A DNA stretch of 64,000 bases, from assembly GCA_963842525.1 (NCBI GenBank), contig CAWJGT010000034.1:576001-640000 (forward strand). The letters run 5' to 3'. This DNA comes from an uncultured Holophagales bacterium (GTDB lineage Bacteria; Acidobacteriota; Thermoanaerobaculia; Multivoradales; UBA5704). This document shows, one piece after another, positions 51,597-63,143 of this stretch. How positions within the stretch are numbered: the first letter of the stretch is position 1; every line of letters starts with the position of its first letter. The position numbers were made by a program, and so were the translations under genes. The notes below the pieces were generated by a model. That model saw nothing but the letters and a program-made list of their open reading frames with translations. It was not told the origin of the DNA and did no database searches.

Positions 51597-54286
51597 TGCA
51601 GGCGCTTCTCTGTCCCTCCTGCGGTGCGGCCAACTCGGAGTTCGACAGCCGCTGCACAGCCTGTGGCGCCGCTCTGCCTGTCTGGTCCGGCACCATGGCC
51701 GTCGACTCTCAGGTTTCCCAGATCTCTCAGTTTTCTCAGATTTCCCAATACAGGCTTCTTCGCCCCCTCGGCCGCGGCGGCATGGGCGTCATCTATCTCG
51801 CCCAGGACGTCGATCTGGGCCGGGAGGTCGCCCTCAAGTTCCTCCGCCACCGGGGCAAGGTGCGTCCCGTGGACGAGGCCCGCTTCCGCCGCGAGGCCCA
51901 GGCCGCGGCTTCCCTCGACCATCCGAACATCGGCACCATCTACGAGGTCGGCGAGCACGAAGGCCAGCGCTTCCTCGCCATGGCGTATTACGACGGCACG
52001 ACCCTGGCCGAGCTTCTCGCCGGGCGGCCGGACAGGCGACTCCCCCTTGCCGATGCGGCAGCCATCGCCGGCCAGCTCGCCTCGGCCCTCGCCGCCGCCC
52101 ACGCCGCCGGCATCGTCCACCGGGACCTCAAGCCTGAGAATGTGATGGTGCTGCCGGACGGCCGGGTGAAGCTCCTCGACTTCGGCCTCGCCCGCTGGAT
52201 CGACTCCGGCGGCGTCACCGAGGAGGGGATGGCGATGGGGACCGCCGCCTATATGGCGCCCGAGCAGCTCGAGGGCCTGCGCATCAGCACCGCCGCCGAC
52301 CTGTGGGCGCTGGGCATGATCCTCTACGAAATGCTCGCCGGCCGGCGCGCCTTTGGCGGCGAGCGGCAGGGGATGGTCCACTCCATCCTCTTCGAGAACC
52401 CCCTGCCGCTGCGAGAGAGGAATGCGGATATGCCCGTGGTCCTGGAGACGATCGTGGCGCGCTGTCTTGCCAAGGAGCCGCGGGAGCGGCCTTCGGCCGG
52501 CGCCGTCGCCGCCGAGCTCCAGGCCTCCGGGCTCTGGGCCGGCTCCGGCTCCGGCTCCGGCGCCGTCGCCCCGTCTCCCCGCCGCCGGAGCCGGCGTGCC
52601 TGGGCCGTCGCCGGCCTTGCCCTGGCGGCGGCCTTGGGGATCTTTGTCGCCTGGAGCCTGCGGGCTCCGCGACCAGCGCAACCATCGCGCGAGCCGATCT
52701 ACGTCGCCGTCGCCCGGCCGGAGATCGGTCTCGGTGCCGGTCGGGAGGAGGTGATGCTGGCCGCAGCGGCCCTGCAGGCGGGCTCCCTCCGGGCACTGGC
52801 CGCGTTCGAAGGGATTGCGGCGCTCTCTCCCGGCGCCCCGGAGCCCGGCGAGCCGGTCCCGACCGTCCAGCGTCTGTCTCGCCTCGTGGCGGCGGAAGAG
52901 GTCCTGACCGCGAGCCTGGATTGCCAGCTCCACCAATGCCAGGCCGTGCTGCGAAGGCAGCGCGGCAGCGACGGCAAGATCCTTGATGCCACGGCGCCCT
53001 TCGAGGTGCCGCTGGACGACCTGCACCTCCTGGACACTGCCGCTGCCACCTATCCGAAGCCGCTCTATGCTGGATTTCACATCCGGCCGGAGTCCTCCCA
53101 GCTCCAGGTCCGCAGCGAGGACTACCAGGGCTTCCTGCGTGCCCAGCGGACGTGGCAGGAAGAACGGCCCGCTGACCTGGGGCCCCTGCTCGCCGAGCTG
53201 GATCAGATCCGGGCCGGCTCTCCGCTGTTCCTGGAGGCGTACCTGTTGGAGGCCAGGATCCAAGGGATCCGCTTTTTCCAGACTCGCGATCCGAAAGACC
53301 TCGACCATGCGCTCGGCCTGCTCGCCGAGGCGCGCCGGCTGGCCCCGGGCGATCCGCTGCCTCTGGTCACTCTGTTCAGCGTGGCGTTGAATGGCGGGCG
53401 GCTCGCCGATGCAGAGGAGGCCCTGCAAGAGCTGGAGCAGCGCCTGCCGGGCGACGTACGCACCCTGCATGAGAGAGGTCTGCTGAGCGAACAGAAGGGC
53501 GACCGCCGGAAGGCTCTGGAGCTGCTGCGTGCCGCCGTGCAGCGGCGCCCTTCCGCCATATATACACTGGACCTTGCCAATCTGGAGCTGCGCCAGGGCG
53601 AGATCCCGGCGGCCCGGCGCACCTTGGAGGGCCTGCTGCAGCGCCTCCCCGGGCACGCCGGCGGCGAGACACTCCTCGCCCAACTGGAATTGGAGGCTGG
53701 AAGCCCGGCCCGCGCCGCTGAGCTGTATACGGGCCTCGCCCGCCGCCAACCCGGAATCTCCGTCTTCACCAATCTCGGGGTCAGCCAGCTCCTTCTCGGC
53801 CACTACGCCGAGGCAGCCACCAGCCTGGAACGTGCCTGCTCCCTGGCTCCGAAGAGCTACGCCGCGGTCCTCAACCTGGGCGACGTCGAGCTCCTCCTGG
53901 GAAAGAAGGCCGAAGCGGAATCGCTGTACCGGCGCGCCCTCGAGCTGATGGCGCAGGACCCCGCTCCGGAAAACTGGCAGATCCTCGCGGCCAAGGCCCA
54001 GGCGCAGGCCCACCTCGGCCGCAAGACGGAAGCCGCGGCCACCATCCAGCAGGCCGTCATCGCCGCGCCCAACAACCCGGACGTCGCTTACACCGCGGCG
54101 CTCGTGTACTGCGTGATCGGCGACACCGCCTCCGCCCTCGCCAGCACCGATCGAGCCCTGGCCCACGGCTTCAACCGGCGCTGGTTCTCTCTCGCCTGGT
54201 TCGACCCCTTGCGCAAGGAGCCGGCCTTCCAAAAGCTGCTCGAAAAGCCGCCGGAAAGCCCTAACCCCCGCTCGGCGGCTCGTTGA
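51593..54286 (+). CDS. Zinc-ribbon Ser/Thr kinase with TM and TPRs
   Basis: CPSC...[24 protein letters not shown]; TM; TPRs. Confidence 0.92.
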   Translation: MMQALLCPSCGAANSEFDSRCTACGAALPVWSGTMAVDSQVSQISQFSQISQYRLLRPLGRGGMGVIYLAQDVDLGREVALKFLRHRGKVRPVDEARFRREAQAAASLDHPNIGTIYEVGEHEGQRFLAMAYYDGTTLAELLAGRPDRRLPLADAAAIAGQLASALAAAHAAGIVHRDLKPENVMVLPDGRVKLLDFGLARWIDSGGVTEEGMAMGTAAYMAPEQLEGLRISTAADLWALGMILYEMLAGRRAFGGERQGMVHSILFENPLPLRERNADMPVVLETIVARCLAKEPRERPSAGAVAAELQASGLWAGSGSGSGAVAPSPRRRSRRAWAVAGLALAAALGIFVAWSLRAPRPAQPSREPIYVAVARPEIGLGAGREEVMLAAAALQAGSLRALAAFEGIAALSPGAPEPGEPVPTVQRLSRLVAAEEVLTASLDCQLHQCQAVLRRQRGSDGKILDATAPFEVPLDDLHLLDTAAATYPKPLYAGFHIRPESSQLQVRSEDYQGFLRAQRTWQEERPADLGPLLAELDQIRAGSPLFLEAYLLEARIQGIRFFQTRDPKDLDHALGLLAEARRLAPGDPLPLVTLFSVALNGGRLADAEEALQELEQRLPGDVRTLHERGLLSEQKGDRRKALELLRAAVQRRPSAIYTLDLANLELRQGEIPAARRTLEGLLQRLPGHAGGETLLAQLELEAGSPARAAELYTGLARRQPGISVFTNLGVSQLLLGHYAEAATSLERACSLAPKSYAAVLNLGDVELLLGKKAEAESLYRRALELMAQDPAPENWQILAAKAQAQAHLGRKTEAAATIQQAVIAAPNNPDVAYTAALVYCVIGDTASALASTDRALAHGFNRRWFSLAWFDPLRKEPAFQKLLEKPPESPNPRSAAR

Positions 54287-54623
54287 CGATGACGGGATCG
54301 TCGGAGGAAAAGGTCTGATTACTGTGGATCACGGACACCGTAAAGCGGTGGTCGATCGACACCGGCGTGGAGTTGAAATCCCAGAGCGCGAGGTGCTGGT
54401 CCCCATGACGATGCATCACGAGCCAGAGCGGCTGATCGATTGGCTGACCTTCACCATCCTGCCACTGAATCGGATCGCTCGGAAACGTCACGCCCGTCGG
54501 GCCGCTGAGAGTGAAGGTGAGCAGGCTGATCTCATCCGGCGCGATCGAGACACTTCCTCCTGGCGAGACAGAAACCAACGAGGTCGCCGGATCAAAGTCC
54601 ACGGTGAATCGATAAGTAGCCAT
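54261..54623 (-). CDS. Small beta-sandwich protein, DP-EP-like
   Basis: RBS GGAGG; C-terminal DPVIVNEP motif. Confidence 0.6.
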   Translation of the reverse strand: MATYRFTVDFDPATSLVSVSPGGSVSIAPDEISLLTFTLSGPTGVTFPSDPIQWQDGEGQPIDQPLWLVMHRHGDQHLALWDFNSTPVSIDHRFTVSVIHSNQTFSSDDPVIVNEPPSGG

Positions 54624-54671
54624 TGTCTATCCTCCGTCGTTAGTTAGGTCGGGTGTTGTTCTCAGGTCTAT

Positions 54672-54687
54672 AGCACGAGTGGTGCCT
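54672..54687 (-). promoter_or_regulatory. Putative sigma-54 promoter
   Basis: Minus AGGCACCACTCGTGCT (GG-N10-GC), ~49 bp upstream of 54623. Confidence 0.55.
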
Positions 54688-54862
54688 ACCCTCCGGCGGA
54701 CAGCGTTCTCCCAGGAAACGGTGGCAGATTTGTGGAATGACTGCCTCTCGCCGTAGGCAGCGCGGCCCAGCCGACCCATGCCGCGCTCCGGAGGCAGATG
54801 CCTTCGTGGAGTGGCACATCAATCGGCGTCAGTTACAGTCGGCTGACATGGTGCCAGCGATG

Positions 54863-55744
54863 TCAGACCAGGATCAACGCGACGCCGAGCCCCATCAACA
54901 GCACGGAGAGGACCTTGCGCGGGGTGACCGGCTCGGCGAAGAGGAGGCGGCCGAAGAGCACGGCGCTGATGTTCCCGATTCCCCTCTTCAGGGTCTCGAC
55001 CAGCCCGACCCAGACGAGCTCCATGGCCTTGAGCTGTAGACCCAGCGCGAGGGCGCTCAGCACTACACCGAGCAGAAAGACGCCGCGCGTCCGCCGCACG
55101 TCCGACAGCTCGGGCAGACGGCGGGTGGCGATGAGGGCGCAGAAGATGCCGGAGGCTACGCCCGCGTTCAGCACCAGGCCATGGAAGGGACCGCTCGAGC
55201 GCTCCAGGGCCATCTTGTCGAGCGGGACGGCCACTGACCAGAGGAAGGCCACCATCACCATCCAGAGGGTCCCCTTCTCACGGGTCCACGACCTCCAGAT
55301 GGCTGCCGCCGACAGCCCCTCCTCCACCACCAGGTTCAGACCGAAGGCCCCGCCGACGACCAGCAGGATGCCGAGGCCCTGGAGCGGCGTCGGCCGTTCT
55401 CCCAGCATGGGGATCGCCAGAAGCGTCGTGAAGACCGGGGTCAACGAGAGGAGCGGGATGGTGACGGAGAGCGGCGAGACCCGGAGCGCGGCCAGGAAGG
55501 CCAGGTTCGCCCCGATGTTGACGACCACCGAGGTGAGCGCCGGCAGCAGGTAGCCCTGCCCGAGGGCCGGCATCCCCTCCACCGCCACCCAGAGGGCAAA
55601 GAGAGGCGCCGTCACCGCGGTCTGCAGGAAGAGGAGCGGCAGGGGCTGGACGTGTGACGTCAGCTCCTTGCGCGTCGCATCCACCCCGCTCCAGGCCAGG
55701 CTGGACAGGAGGACGAGCAGCAGGGCTCCGAGGGGGGTGGACAT
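54863..55744 (-). CDS. EamA/DMT-family transporter
   Basis: Ten TM pattern, SPLSVTIPLLSLTPVF, LGERP. Confidence 0.88.
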   Translation of the reverse strand: MSTPLGALLLVLLSSLAWSGVDATRKELTSHVQPLPLLFLQTAVTAPLFALWVAVEGMPALGQGYLLPALTSVVVNIGANLAFLAALRVSPLSVTIPLLSLTPVFTTLLAIPMLGERPTPLQGLGILLVVGGAFGLNLVVEEGLSAAAIWRSWTREKGTLWMVMVAFLWSVAVPLDKMALERSSGPFHGLVLNAGVASGIFCALIATRRLPELSDVRRTRGVFLLGVVLSALALGLQLKAMELVWVGLVETLKRGIGNISAVLFGRLLFAEPVTPRKVLSVLLMGLGVALILV

Positions 55745-55781
55745 GGCGGGATCCCGATCGCGCCGGGATCATATGGCATTT

Positions 55782-55816
55782 GCTGGGAGCGCCAGCACAG
55801 TGCCGGCGCTCCCAGC
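55782..55816. repeat. Collapsed REP hairpin
   Basis: gctgggagcgccagcac-a-gtgccggcgctcccagc; ends match the 11752 REP family. Confidence 0.6.
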
Positions 55817-55832
55817 GGATGACGAAGTAGAA

Positions 55833-57600
55833 TTAATCCGCCCGCTTGGTCACCAGATCCGGTCGGCCGGGCTGGCTCAGGGTGAGCGCGGTGGCCTTCC
55901 CTTCGGTCACCTGGAACGACACCTTGTGCCCGGGCGGCAGGCCCTCCACCCGGAAGTGGGCCGGCGAGGTCGGAATCAGCAGGTACCGCGGCCCTCCTTT
56001 GAAGCCGAAGCGCACGCGGCTTCCCAAGAGATCCACCAGGGCCGTCGGACCCGGGTCCCTTGCATAGGAGCCTGGGAGCCGCTCGAGATCGGCCAGGGCG
56101 ACTGTGACCTCGGGGTCGCCGAAGCTCAGCGCGAAATCCGGCCGCCGCATCCTGGCGACGCAGGCGGTGTCGAGCCCCTCCGGCGTGCCGGCCTCGATGA
56201 ATGCGGCGATCAAGCCGAACAGGCAGTCTTCGCCCTCCATCCCATCGGTGTTGTGGGCGGCGTCCGGGACCACCACATGGCGCGACCGCTTCAAGGTCCG
56301 GGCGACCCGCTCGCCGTTGGAGGGCGGCGTGGCCGGATCGCGCTCCCCCGAGATCAGCAGGGACGGCACGTCCGCAACGACCGGGGCCTGGAGGTCCGGC
56401 CCAAGATCGCGCGCCGGCCAACCCTCGCAGGCGGCCTGCTGCCGGCGGACGCGGAAATCCCCCAGGAAGGTGCCGGCCACGGCCGCCGCGATCTCCTCCT
56501 CGCGGATCCCGGCCACGTCCTCGGCGCAGGTGATTGACTGGTAAAGGCCTTCCGCTTCCATGACGCCCCCGTTGAAGCGGGCCGACAGGGCCAGGGGCTT
56601 CCAGTCCCCCTGGGCCGCCAGATGGAGCTCCAGCGGCACCAGAGCGGCATCGGCCGGCGTGTAGAGCATATAGCGGAGGGTCTGGGCCACCCCGTTGCGC
56701 GCCAGGCGCACCTCGAAAGGCTGGCCGGTCTCCGAGTCGGTGCAGCTCGACCCGGACCGGCTCCGTGGTGGCGCGGCGCAGCACGGCCTCCACGTCCTGG
56801 CGCAGGCTCGGGAAGGCGCCGCGGCAGGCCGGGTCCCCCTCGCACTCGGCGATCAGGCCGTCGAGCGCCTGCTGGGTGGTGCGGGGCATGCCCACAAGAT
56901 GCCGCACGTCGGGTGCCAGGACGCCGTCCATCGTGGCGGTCCGCACGCTCCGCGGGTGACGCCGCAGATAGGTCAGCACGGCGCGCGTGCCGTAGGAGAC
57001 TCCCATCAGGTTGACCGGTCCGTAGCCGAGAGCGGTGCGCACCTCCTCGAGGTCGTCGACCAGGGCGTCGGTGGTGTACCAGGAGAGGTCCACCTCCTTC
57101 TTCAGCCGATCCCGGCAGGCCTGGATCTTGTCGGTGGGCAGGAAGCTGTCCAGGAAACCCTGGAGCCTCTCGTTGCCACGCAGCTCCGGGCAGACGAGAG
57201 CGCCGGACTCTCCGGTCCCCCGCAGGTCGACCAGCAGCACGTCGCGCTTCTGGCGCAGGGAGGCCAGCGGCTGGACCATGTACAGCCCCCAGGGGATCGA
57301 GGCTTCTCCCGGTCCACCGGCGATGTAGGTGAACGGATCGGGAAGCCGGTCGGGGCCGGTGGCCGGGAGCACCACGATGCGGAGCGGGATCTTCCGGCCC
57401 GTCCGAGCAGCCCGGTTTTCGAACACCTCATAGGTGCCGCAGAGCGCATCCGGTGGCATGCCCGGCTCCTTGCAAGGGGTGAGCTCGGGCCGGCGCGGCG
57501 GCTCCGCCGCAGACCCGTCGTCGGCCGCCCAGAGGTGGCCGAGGACGGCGAAGACGGCAAGGACAGTAAGGACGGCGAGGACGACGCGCTGATGTCTCAT
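55833..57600 (-). CDS. Secreted alpha/beta hydrolase, TAP-like peptidase (frameshift near 56740)
   Basis: GGPG, DLRGTGES, GVSYGT nucleophile, DPATP, AAH. Confidence 0.88.
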
Positions 57601-57734
57601 CACGGACTCCTCTCGGGAAAGTTTGCCGACGTAGTGTATCGCAACACCAGTACACTACGCCAGCCCCGGTCCGGGAAGTGCTTCCGGTACGGTCTCCGGT
57701 GTATGATCCTTGGGTCCGCTTTTGTCTTCAGGTC

Positions 57735-59426
57735 ATGAAGTTGCGCTGCAACCGTACCTCGTCGCCTCGCCGTGCCCTGCTCCTCTTGTGGCTGGCGGTC
57801 CTTCTCGCCCTCGGCGGGCCGGGAGCGGTGCGCGCCCAGCCGGCGCTTCTGGCCGCGGTCACCTCGGAGGACAAGGCCGCGGAAGAGGCGCAACAGGCCT
57901 CCTTCGAAGGAGCCACGATCCGCGAGATCCGGATCGTCAACAAGAGCATCTTCAACACGGACGAGCCGGACGAGGACAAGCTCCTCTTCCGCATCGCGGA
58001 CCGCCTTCACCGCACCACGCGGCCCGAGGTCATCGAGCAGCAGATCCTGCTGCGGCCGGGCGACCGCTTCTCTGCCGATGCGCTGCACGAGTCCGAGCGG
58101 ATCCTGCGCGCCAATCCATATCTCTACGAGGCGGAGATCCATGCGGTGCCGGCCGGCGACGGCCGGGTGGACCTCGTGGTGGAGACCCGGGACGTCTGGA
58201 CGTTGCGCGGCGGGATCTCCTTCAACCGCTCCGGCGGCGAGAACTCGGGCAGCATCAACCTGGAGGACTCGAACTTCCTGGGGACCGGCAAAGAGTTGAC
58301 GCTGCTGCGCACCACCAACGTCGACCGGACCTCGAACCTGGTGCGCTACCGTGACCCCAACCTGGACGGCAGCCGCACCCGGCTGGAGCTCTCATACGCG
58401 GACAACAGCGACGGCGGGCGCAGGCGCATCGAGATGGAACGGCCCTTTTACTCGCTCGATACGCGGTGGGCCATGGGCGTCCGCGGCATGGTCGACGAAC
58501 GGATCGAGCGGCTCTACGACCTGGGAGACATCTTCCAGGCCTACACCTACGAGCGCAAATTTGCCGAGGTCTACACCGGCTTCTCGCCGGGGCGGTCCGG
58601 CAATGGCACCCACCGCTGGCGGCTCGGCCTGACGGTCGACCGCGAGCGCTTCGGGCCGGACGGCGGCCTCGACTCCGATACGCTGCTCCCGGCCAACCGC
58701 GACCTGGGCTATCCCTGGATCGGCTACGAGTACGTGCAGGACGCATTCGTCACCGAGCGCGGCCTCGACCGCCTGGCCAGCACGGAGGACCTGAACCTCG
58801 GCCGGCAGTTCCACTGGCGCCTGGGCTGGTCTACGCCCGACCTCGGCGCGGACGTCACCCGCTGGATCTTCGACACCGGGGTGACGACCGGCTGGCGCCC
58901 TTCGCCGCGGCAGCTCGTCATGGCTTCAGCCCAGGCGGGCAGCCGTTGGCGCGACGGCGACGAGGAGAACCTCCGTGTCGGCGGTGCGCTGCGCTACTTC
59001 GCCCGGACCTTCTGGAGCAACGTCTTCTACGTCGGCGTGGAGGGGGAGATCGTCGAGAGCCCGGACCTGGAAGGCCAGCTCCTCCTGGGAGGCGATACCG
59101 GTCTGCGCGGCTATCCGCTGCGTCTGGAGGCGGGAGACCGCCGCTGGCTCTTCACCGCGGAGCAGCGCTTCTTCAGCGAGCGGGAGTTCTTCCACCTCCT
59201 GCATCTGGGCGCCGCCGTCTTTTTCGACATGGGCCGCGCCTGGTACGAAGACCCGCCGCCGGGCTTTGCCGGCGACCAGCCGAAGCTGCGCGACATCGGC
59301 CTCGGCCTGCGCATCGGCTCCAGCCGCTCCTCCAAAGCCGCCATGATCCACCTCGACCTCGCCTACCCCCTGGACGGCGACAGCTCGAAGATCCAGTGGC
59401 TGGTGTCGTCGAGCGAGACGTTCTGA
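57735..59426 (+). CDS. BamA/TamA-like outer membrane protein with POTRA
   Basis: ESERILR POTRA, NFLGTG, LGGDTGLRGY, terminal F. Confidence 0.82.
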   Translation: MKLRCNRTSSPRRALLLLWLAVLLALGGPGAVRAQPALLAAVTSEDKAAEEAQQASFEGATIREIRIVNKSIFNTDEPDEDKLLFRIADRLHRTTRPEVIEQQILLRPGDRFSADALHESERILRANPYLYEAEIHAVPAGDGRVDLVVETRDVWTLRGGISFNRSGGENSGSINLEDSNFLGTGKELTLLRTTNVDRTSNLVRYRDPNLDGSRTRLELSYADNSDGGRRRIEMERPFYSLDTRWAMGVRGMVDERIERLYDLGDIFQAYTYERKFAEVYTGFSPGRSGNGTHRWRLGLTVDRERFGPDGGLDSDTLLPANRDLGYPWIGYEYVQDAFVTERGLDRLASTEDLNLGRQFHWRLGWSTPDLGADVTRWIFDTGVTTGWRPSPRQLVMASAQAGSRWRDGDEENLRVGGALRYFARTFWSNVFYVGVEGEIVESPDLEGQLLLGGDTGLRGYPLRLEAGDRRWLFTAEQRFFSEREFFHLLHLGAAVFFDMGRAWYEDPPPGFAGDQPKLRDIGLGLRIGSSRSSKAAMIHLDLAYPLDGDSSKIQWLVSSSETF

Positions 59427-59480
59427 CCTCACCCCCTGTCCCCCTCTCCCATCGCCCCCCCTTCCACCGGGAGAGGGGGG
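59427..59480. repeat. Palindromic repeat (9181 family)
   Basis: cctcaccccctgtcccctctccc...gggagagggggg. Confidence 0.65.
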
Positions 59481-59535
59481 ACGCAGGCGGAGACACAGTG
59501 GCTCGCGATAGACTGTTTCTCAAGGTAAGAGACCG

Positions 59536-60601
59536 ATGCTGAAGAAAATCCGGCTCACCGATTTCAAGAGCTTCGTGGACGAGGAGGTCGAGCTCGCTCC
59601 GTTGACGCTGCTTGTCGGGGCGAACGCTTCCGGGAAGAGCAACTTCCTGGATGCGATCCGGTTTCTTCAGGTGCTCAGTGTTGGCCTGACATTGGGCGAG
59701 GTGCTTAATGGTGAGGAGAGCTCTCGTCCGGATTCTTGGCCGGGGATTCGGGGGCGTGCTCCAGAAGCTGCCAGGGTCGGAACCTCCACGTTCTCCATTG
59801 AAACGCTATGGCTTCATCCGGACGAGCCCCCGGAGGCACGAGAAGCATGGGAAGCTCTGGCATCGGATTAGCTGCCAAACGGAACCCATTCCGAGCTTGG
59901 AGGAGGAAACGGTCTCTGGCCCCGATAAAGGCCAAGCAGTGACCAGAACGGCGTTCCAATTCAACCTCTGGTACAGCCGGTTCCTCGAAATGAAACCCGA
60001 CAAGATGCGTAACTATGGCCGCCGAGGTGCACCTTTGGGAGATGAAGGGAAGAACCTCTCGGGTGCGCTTGCGGATCAATGCTCGGTCGAAGAAGATAAG
60101 CGTAGCCTCATTGACTGGCTGACCGCACTCTGCGCGCCGGACCTGGAAGACATTGAGTTTGTGGACGTGCCTCAACTCGGCGACTTGATGGCGATGTTCG
60201 TTGAGAGCGGCGGCCGCCGAATATCCGCGAGGAGTATCTCCGACGGTACTCTTCGCTTTTTGGGAACGCTCCTTTCTTTGCGCAGCGCGGATTCGGGACT
60301 CTTGTTGATCGAGGAGATCGAGTCCGGCCTGCACCCGACGCGTATTCGCCTGCTCGTTGAGTTTCTCGAATCCGTCGTCCGTGAGCGCGACATCCAAGTC
60401 ATTGCGACCACCCACTCCCCCGTTGTTCTTCAATGGCTGAGCGACGAAGCTCTCCGCAACGTGATCGTCTTCGGCCGCGTGCCCGACCACGAAGGCACGA
60501 TCATGCGCCGCCTCGGCGATCTCCCCCACTTCGACGAGGTCGTGCAGCGCAAGGGGATCGAAGAGCTGTTCACGACCGGCTGGCTGGAGATGGCTCTGTG
60601 A
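59536..60601 (+). CDS. AAA_21 ABC ATPase (frameshift near 59830)
   Basis: DFKSF, GANASGKSN, ISDGTLR, IEEIESGLHP, TTHSP. Confidence 0.85.
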
Positions 60602-60976
60602 AGGTCCTCATCATTCCGGAGGACCCCACTCTCGATCGGCACATCCTCAAGCCTGTCGTCGGGCGGATCTTCGCTGACCTGGGCAAGTCGCCGCGCATCG
60701 ACGTGCTATCGAATCCTCGCTTGCGCGGTGTGGCGCAGGCCCTCGACGCGGCCGTCTTGGCGGACATCGTTGCGACGTTCCGAGCGCAATCCCAAAGAGC
60801 GGTTTGCCCGCCCTTTTCTCGAAGAGAAAGCTCCAAAGCTCGATCCTGGCGCCGGCCGGGCCTGGGCGATGCGGGGGCTGGCAACGCGCTGGCGCGGTGT
60901 GCTTCAATGTTGCGAGGAGCTCGCGGAGCTGAAGCAGCGTATTTCCGCCTGGATCGAGCTGCGGCCGGAGGGTTGA
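60598..60976 (+). pseudogene. TOPRIM-like ATPase partner, internally deleted
   Basis: GTGA coupling; MKVLIIPEDPTLD... joined out of frame near 60780 to ERNPKERF...CEELAEL. Confidence 0.6.
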
Positions 60977-61016
60977 AATGTTCCGCTCGAAATCGACACC
61001 TTCTACGGAGGTAGCC

Positions 61017-62735
61017 ATGAAAAGACTCCGCCGCTTTGCAGCCCTGGCTCTGGCAGTGCTCGTTTCCGTCCCGCCCGCCCTGGTGGCACAAGCCCCGGTG
61101 CAGCCGGCCCAGCCACAGGCTGAGCTGCCGGCGTTCGACGAGATCATCGACGTGCGGGTGGTCAATCTGGAGGTGGTGGTCACGGACCGCCAGGGGAACC
61201 GGGTGAGGGATCTGAAGCCCTCCGACTTCCGCCTGAAGATCGACAAGCAGCAGGTACCGATTGCCTTTTTCACGGAGGTGCGGGAAGGCCAGGCTGTGGC
61301 ACCGGCTGCCGCGAGCGGATCGGAGGAGGCGCCGGTTCCGGTGCAGGACTTGTCTCCTGGCGGGACCGTGGGCACCAACTACCTCGTCTTCATCGACGAT
61401 TACTTCTCCGTCGCCTTGCGCCGCAACGAGGTGCTCAAGTCTCTGAAGAACCAGATTTTCCAGCTTGGCCCCCAGGACCGGATGTCCCTCGTCGCCTTCG
61501 ACGGCGGCCGGCTGGAACGGCTCACCGGCTGGACGGCGTCGGCCGCAGAGCTCGCCACGGCCTTTGACCAGGCCATGGCACGGCCGGCCCGAGGTCTGGA
61601 CCGGATCTCGGAGAAGCGCAGCTTCCTGAGCTCAGAGAGTTTCGAGATCCAAATCAATGCCCCGATGATCGGCAGGAGCACCGGTCCGGCTCCGGTCGCG
61701 GACGCCTCGGATCCCACGATCACGGCGAACCGCGCCGCGAGCCCGGGCCTGAGCCAGCAGGAGAAGGCCTACGGCTCGACCCTGGTGCTGCAGATCGAGG
61801 GCGCGGTTTCGGCCGCGGTGAGCGCGATGCGCGGATCGGCCGCGCCGCAAGGGCGCAAGGTGATGCTTCTGCTCTCCGGAGGTTGGCCCTTCTCGATCGA
61901 GAGCTTCCTGCGCGGTTCCGATTCCGTCATCACCTCCCACGAGCTGCCGCAGGGTGATGAGACGTTCGCGCCGCTGACCAGCGCGGCCAACCTCCTCGGC
62001 TACACGATCTATCCGGTCGACGTGCCCGGGATCGAGACCGCGGCAGCAGATGCCGAGGCGGGCAGCCCCAGCAGCAGCATCGACAGCCTGCGCGAGCAGG
62101 AGGTACACGGCGCGGTCCAGTTCCTCGCCCAGCAGACCGGGGGCAGGCCGATCCTCAACAGCAAGCGGAACGAGGCGCTCCAGACTGCGGTGGCGGACAC
62201 CCGCTCCTACTACTGGCTCGGCTTCAGCCCCACCTGGCAGCGCAACGATGGACGGCACAAGATCGCGATCGAGGTCCTGCGGCCCGGCCTCAGAGCCCGC
62301 ACGCGCAACGACTTCCTCGATCTCTCGTTCAAAACGGAGATGGGGATGCTGCTCGAAAGCGCCCTGCTCTTCGGCAGCCTCCCGAACTCGCTCCCGATGC
62401 CGATGCGCGCGGGCGCGCCGGTGCGCTCCGCGAAGGGCGAGATGGAGATCCCCCTCACCCTCGGCTTCCCGGTGGACGCCCTGACGGTGATGGCGACGAA
62501 CGGGAAATACGTGGGCAAGGTGGAGCTGCGCATCGCCGCGGCCGACGAGAACGGCAACCGCTCGGAGGTGGTCTCAATGCCGCTCGACCTCGCCTCCGAC
62601 AAACCCCCGAAGGCCGGCGGCTTCGTGCGCTACGAGACCAAGATCAAGCTGCGCGGCAAGGCCAGCCGCATCGCGGCAGTCAGCTACGACATGCTGAGCG
62701 GCAAGATGGCGGCGGGTCAGATCCTCACGCCGTAA
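61017..62735 (+). CDS. VWA-domain secreted protein (acidobacterial type)
   Basis: VVNLEVVVTDRQG..V.DL, GRKVMLLLSGG, LAQQTGG, YYWLGF.P. Confidence 0.88.
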   Translation: MKRLRRFAALALAVLVSVPPALVAQAPVQPAQPQAELPAFDEIIDVRVVNLEVVVTDRQGNRVRDLKPSDFRLKIDKQQVPIAFFTEVREGQAVAPAAASGSEEAPVPVQDLSPGGTVGTNYLVFIDDYFSVALRRNEVLKSLKNQIFQLGPQDRMSLVAFDGGRLERLTGWTASAAELATAFDQAMARPARGLDRISEKRSFLSSESFEIQINAPMIGRSTGPAPVADASDPTITANRAASPGLSQQEKAYGSTLVLQIEGAVSAAVSAMRGSAAPQGRKVMLLLSGGWPFSIESFLRGSDSVITSHELPQGDETFAPLTSAANLLGYTIYPVDVPGIETAAADAEAGSPSSSIDSLREQEVHGAVQFLAQQTGGRPILNSKRNEALQTAVADTRSYYWLGFSPTWQRNDGRHKIAIEVLRPGLRARTRNDFLDLSFKTEMGMLLESALLFGSLPNSLPMPMRAGAPVRSAKGEMEIPLTLGFPVDALTVMATNGKYVGKVELRIAAADENGNRSEVVSMPLDLASDKPPKAGGFVRYETKIKLRGKASRIAAVSYDMLSGKMAAGQILTP

Positions 62736-62769
62736 GTCTCCGCTCCCATCCCCGCCCTGCAGGGACAGG

Positions 62770-63135
62770 TACATTGCGGCAGAGGCGCGTACATTGCGGC
62801 GGAGTATCTTGACTCTGCGGTAGAGATGGTTACGTTGCGGCAGAGACGTGTGCTGCGCGGCAGGGTACCATGTCTCTGCGATAGAGCCGAGAGCATTGCG
62901 GCAGAGACATGTACGTTGCGGCAGATGAGATTGCTATTGCGGTAGAGCAGAGTACTCTGCGGCAGAGACATGTACGTTGCGGCAGCGCCACGTGCGGCGC
63001 GGCAAAGTACCCTGCCTCTGCGGTAGGGACGCGTACGCTGCGGCAAAGGATTCTGCCTCTGCGATAGCGCCATGTGCGCTGCTACGAAGGATTGTGACGC
63101 TGCGGCAGAACACCGTGCGTTGCGGCAGAGGGAGA
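62770..63135. repeat. Degenerate 21-bp tandem array (~17 units)
   Basis: Core (t)tgcggcagag recurring every ~21 nt. Confidence 0.8.
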
Positions 63136-63143
63136 ATCCGCGA

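Noticed and set aside
51533-54232. Long antisense ORFs (also 35047-37122, 9915-11489, 31804-33522)
   Set aside because: Shadow frames of high-GC genes with no recognisable motifs.
62770-63135. CRISPR array
   Set aside because: Period is only 21 bp, the repeats are degenerate and no cas genes are present. The same applies to 14764 and 33808.
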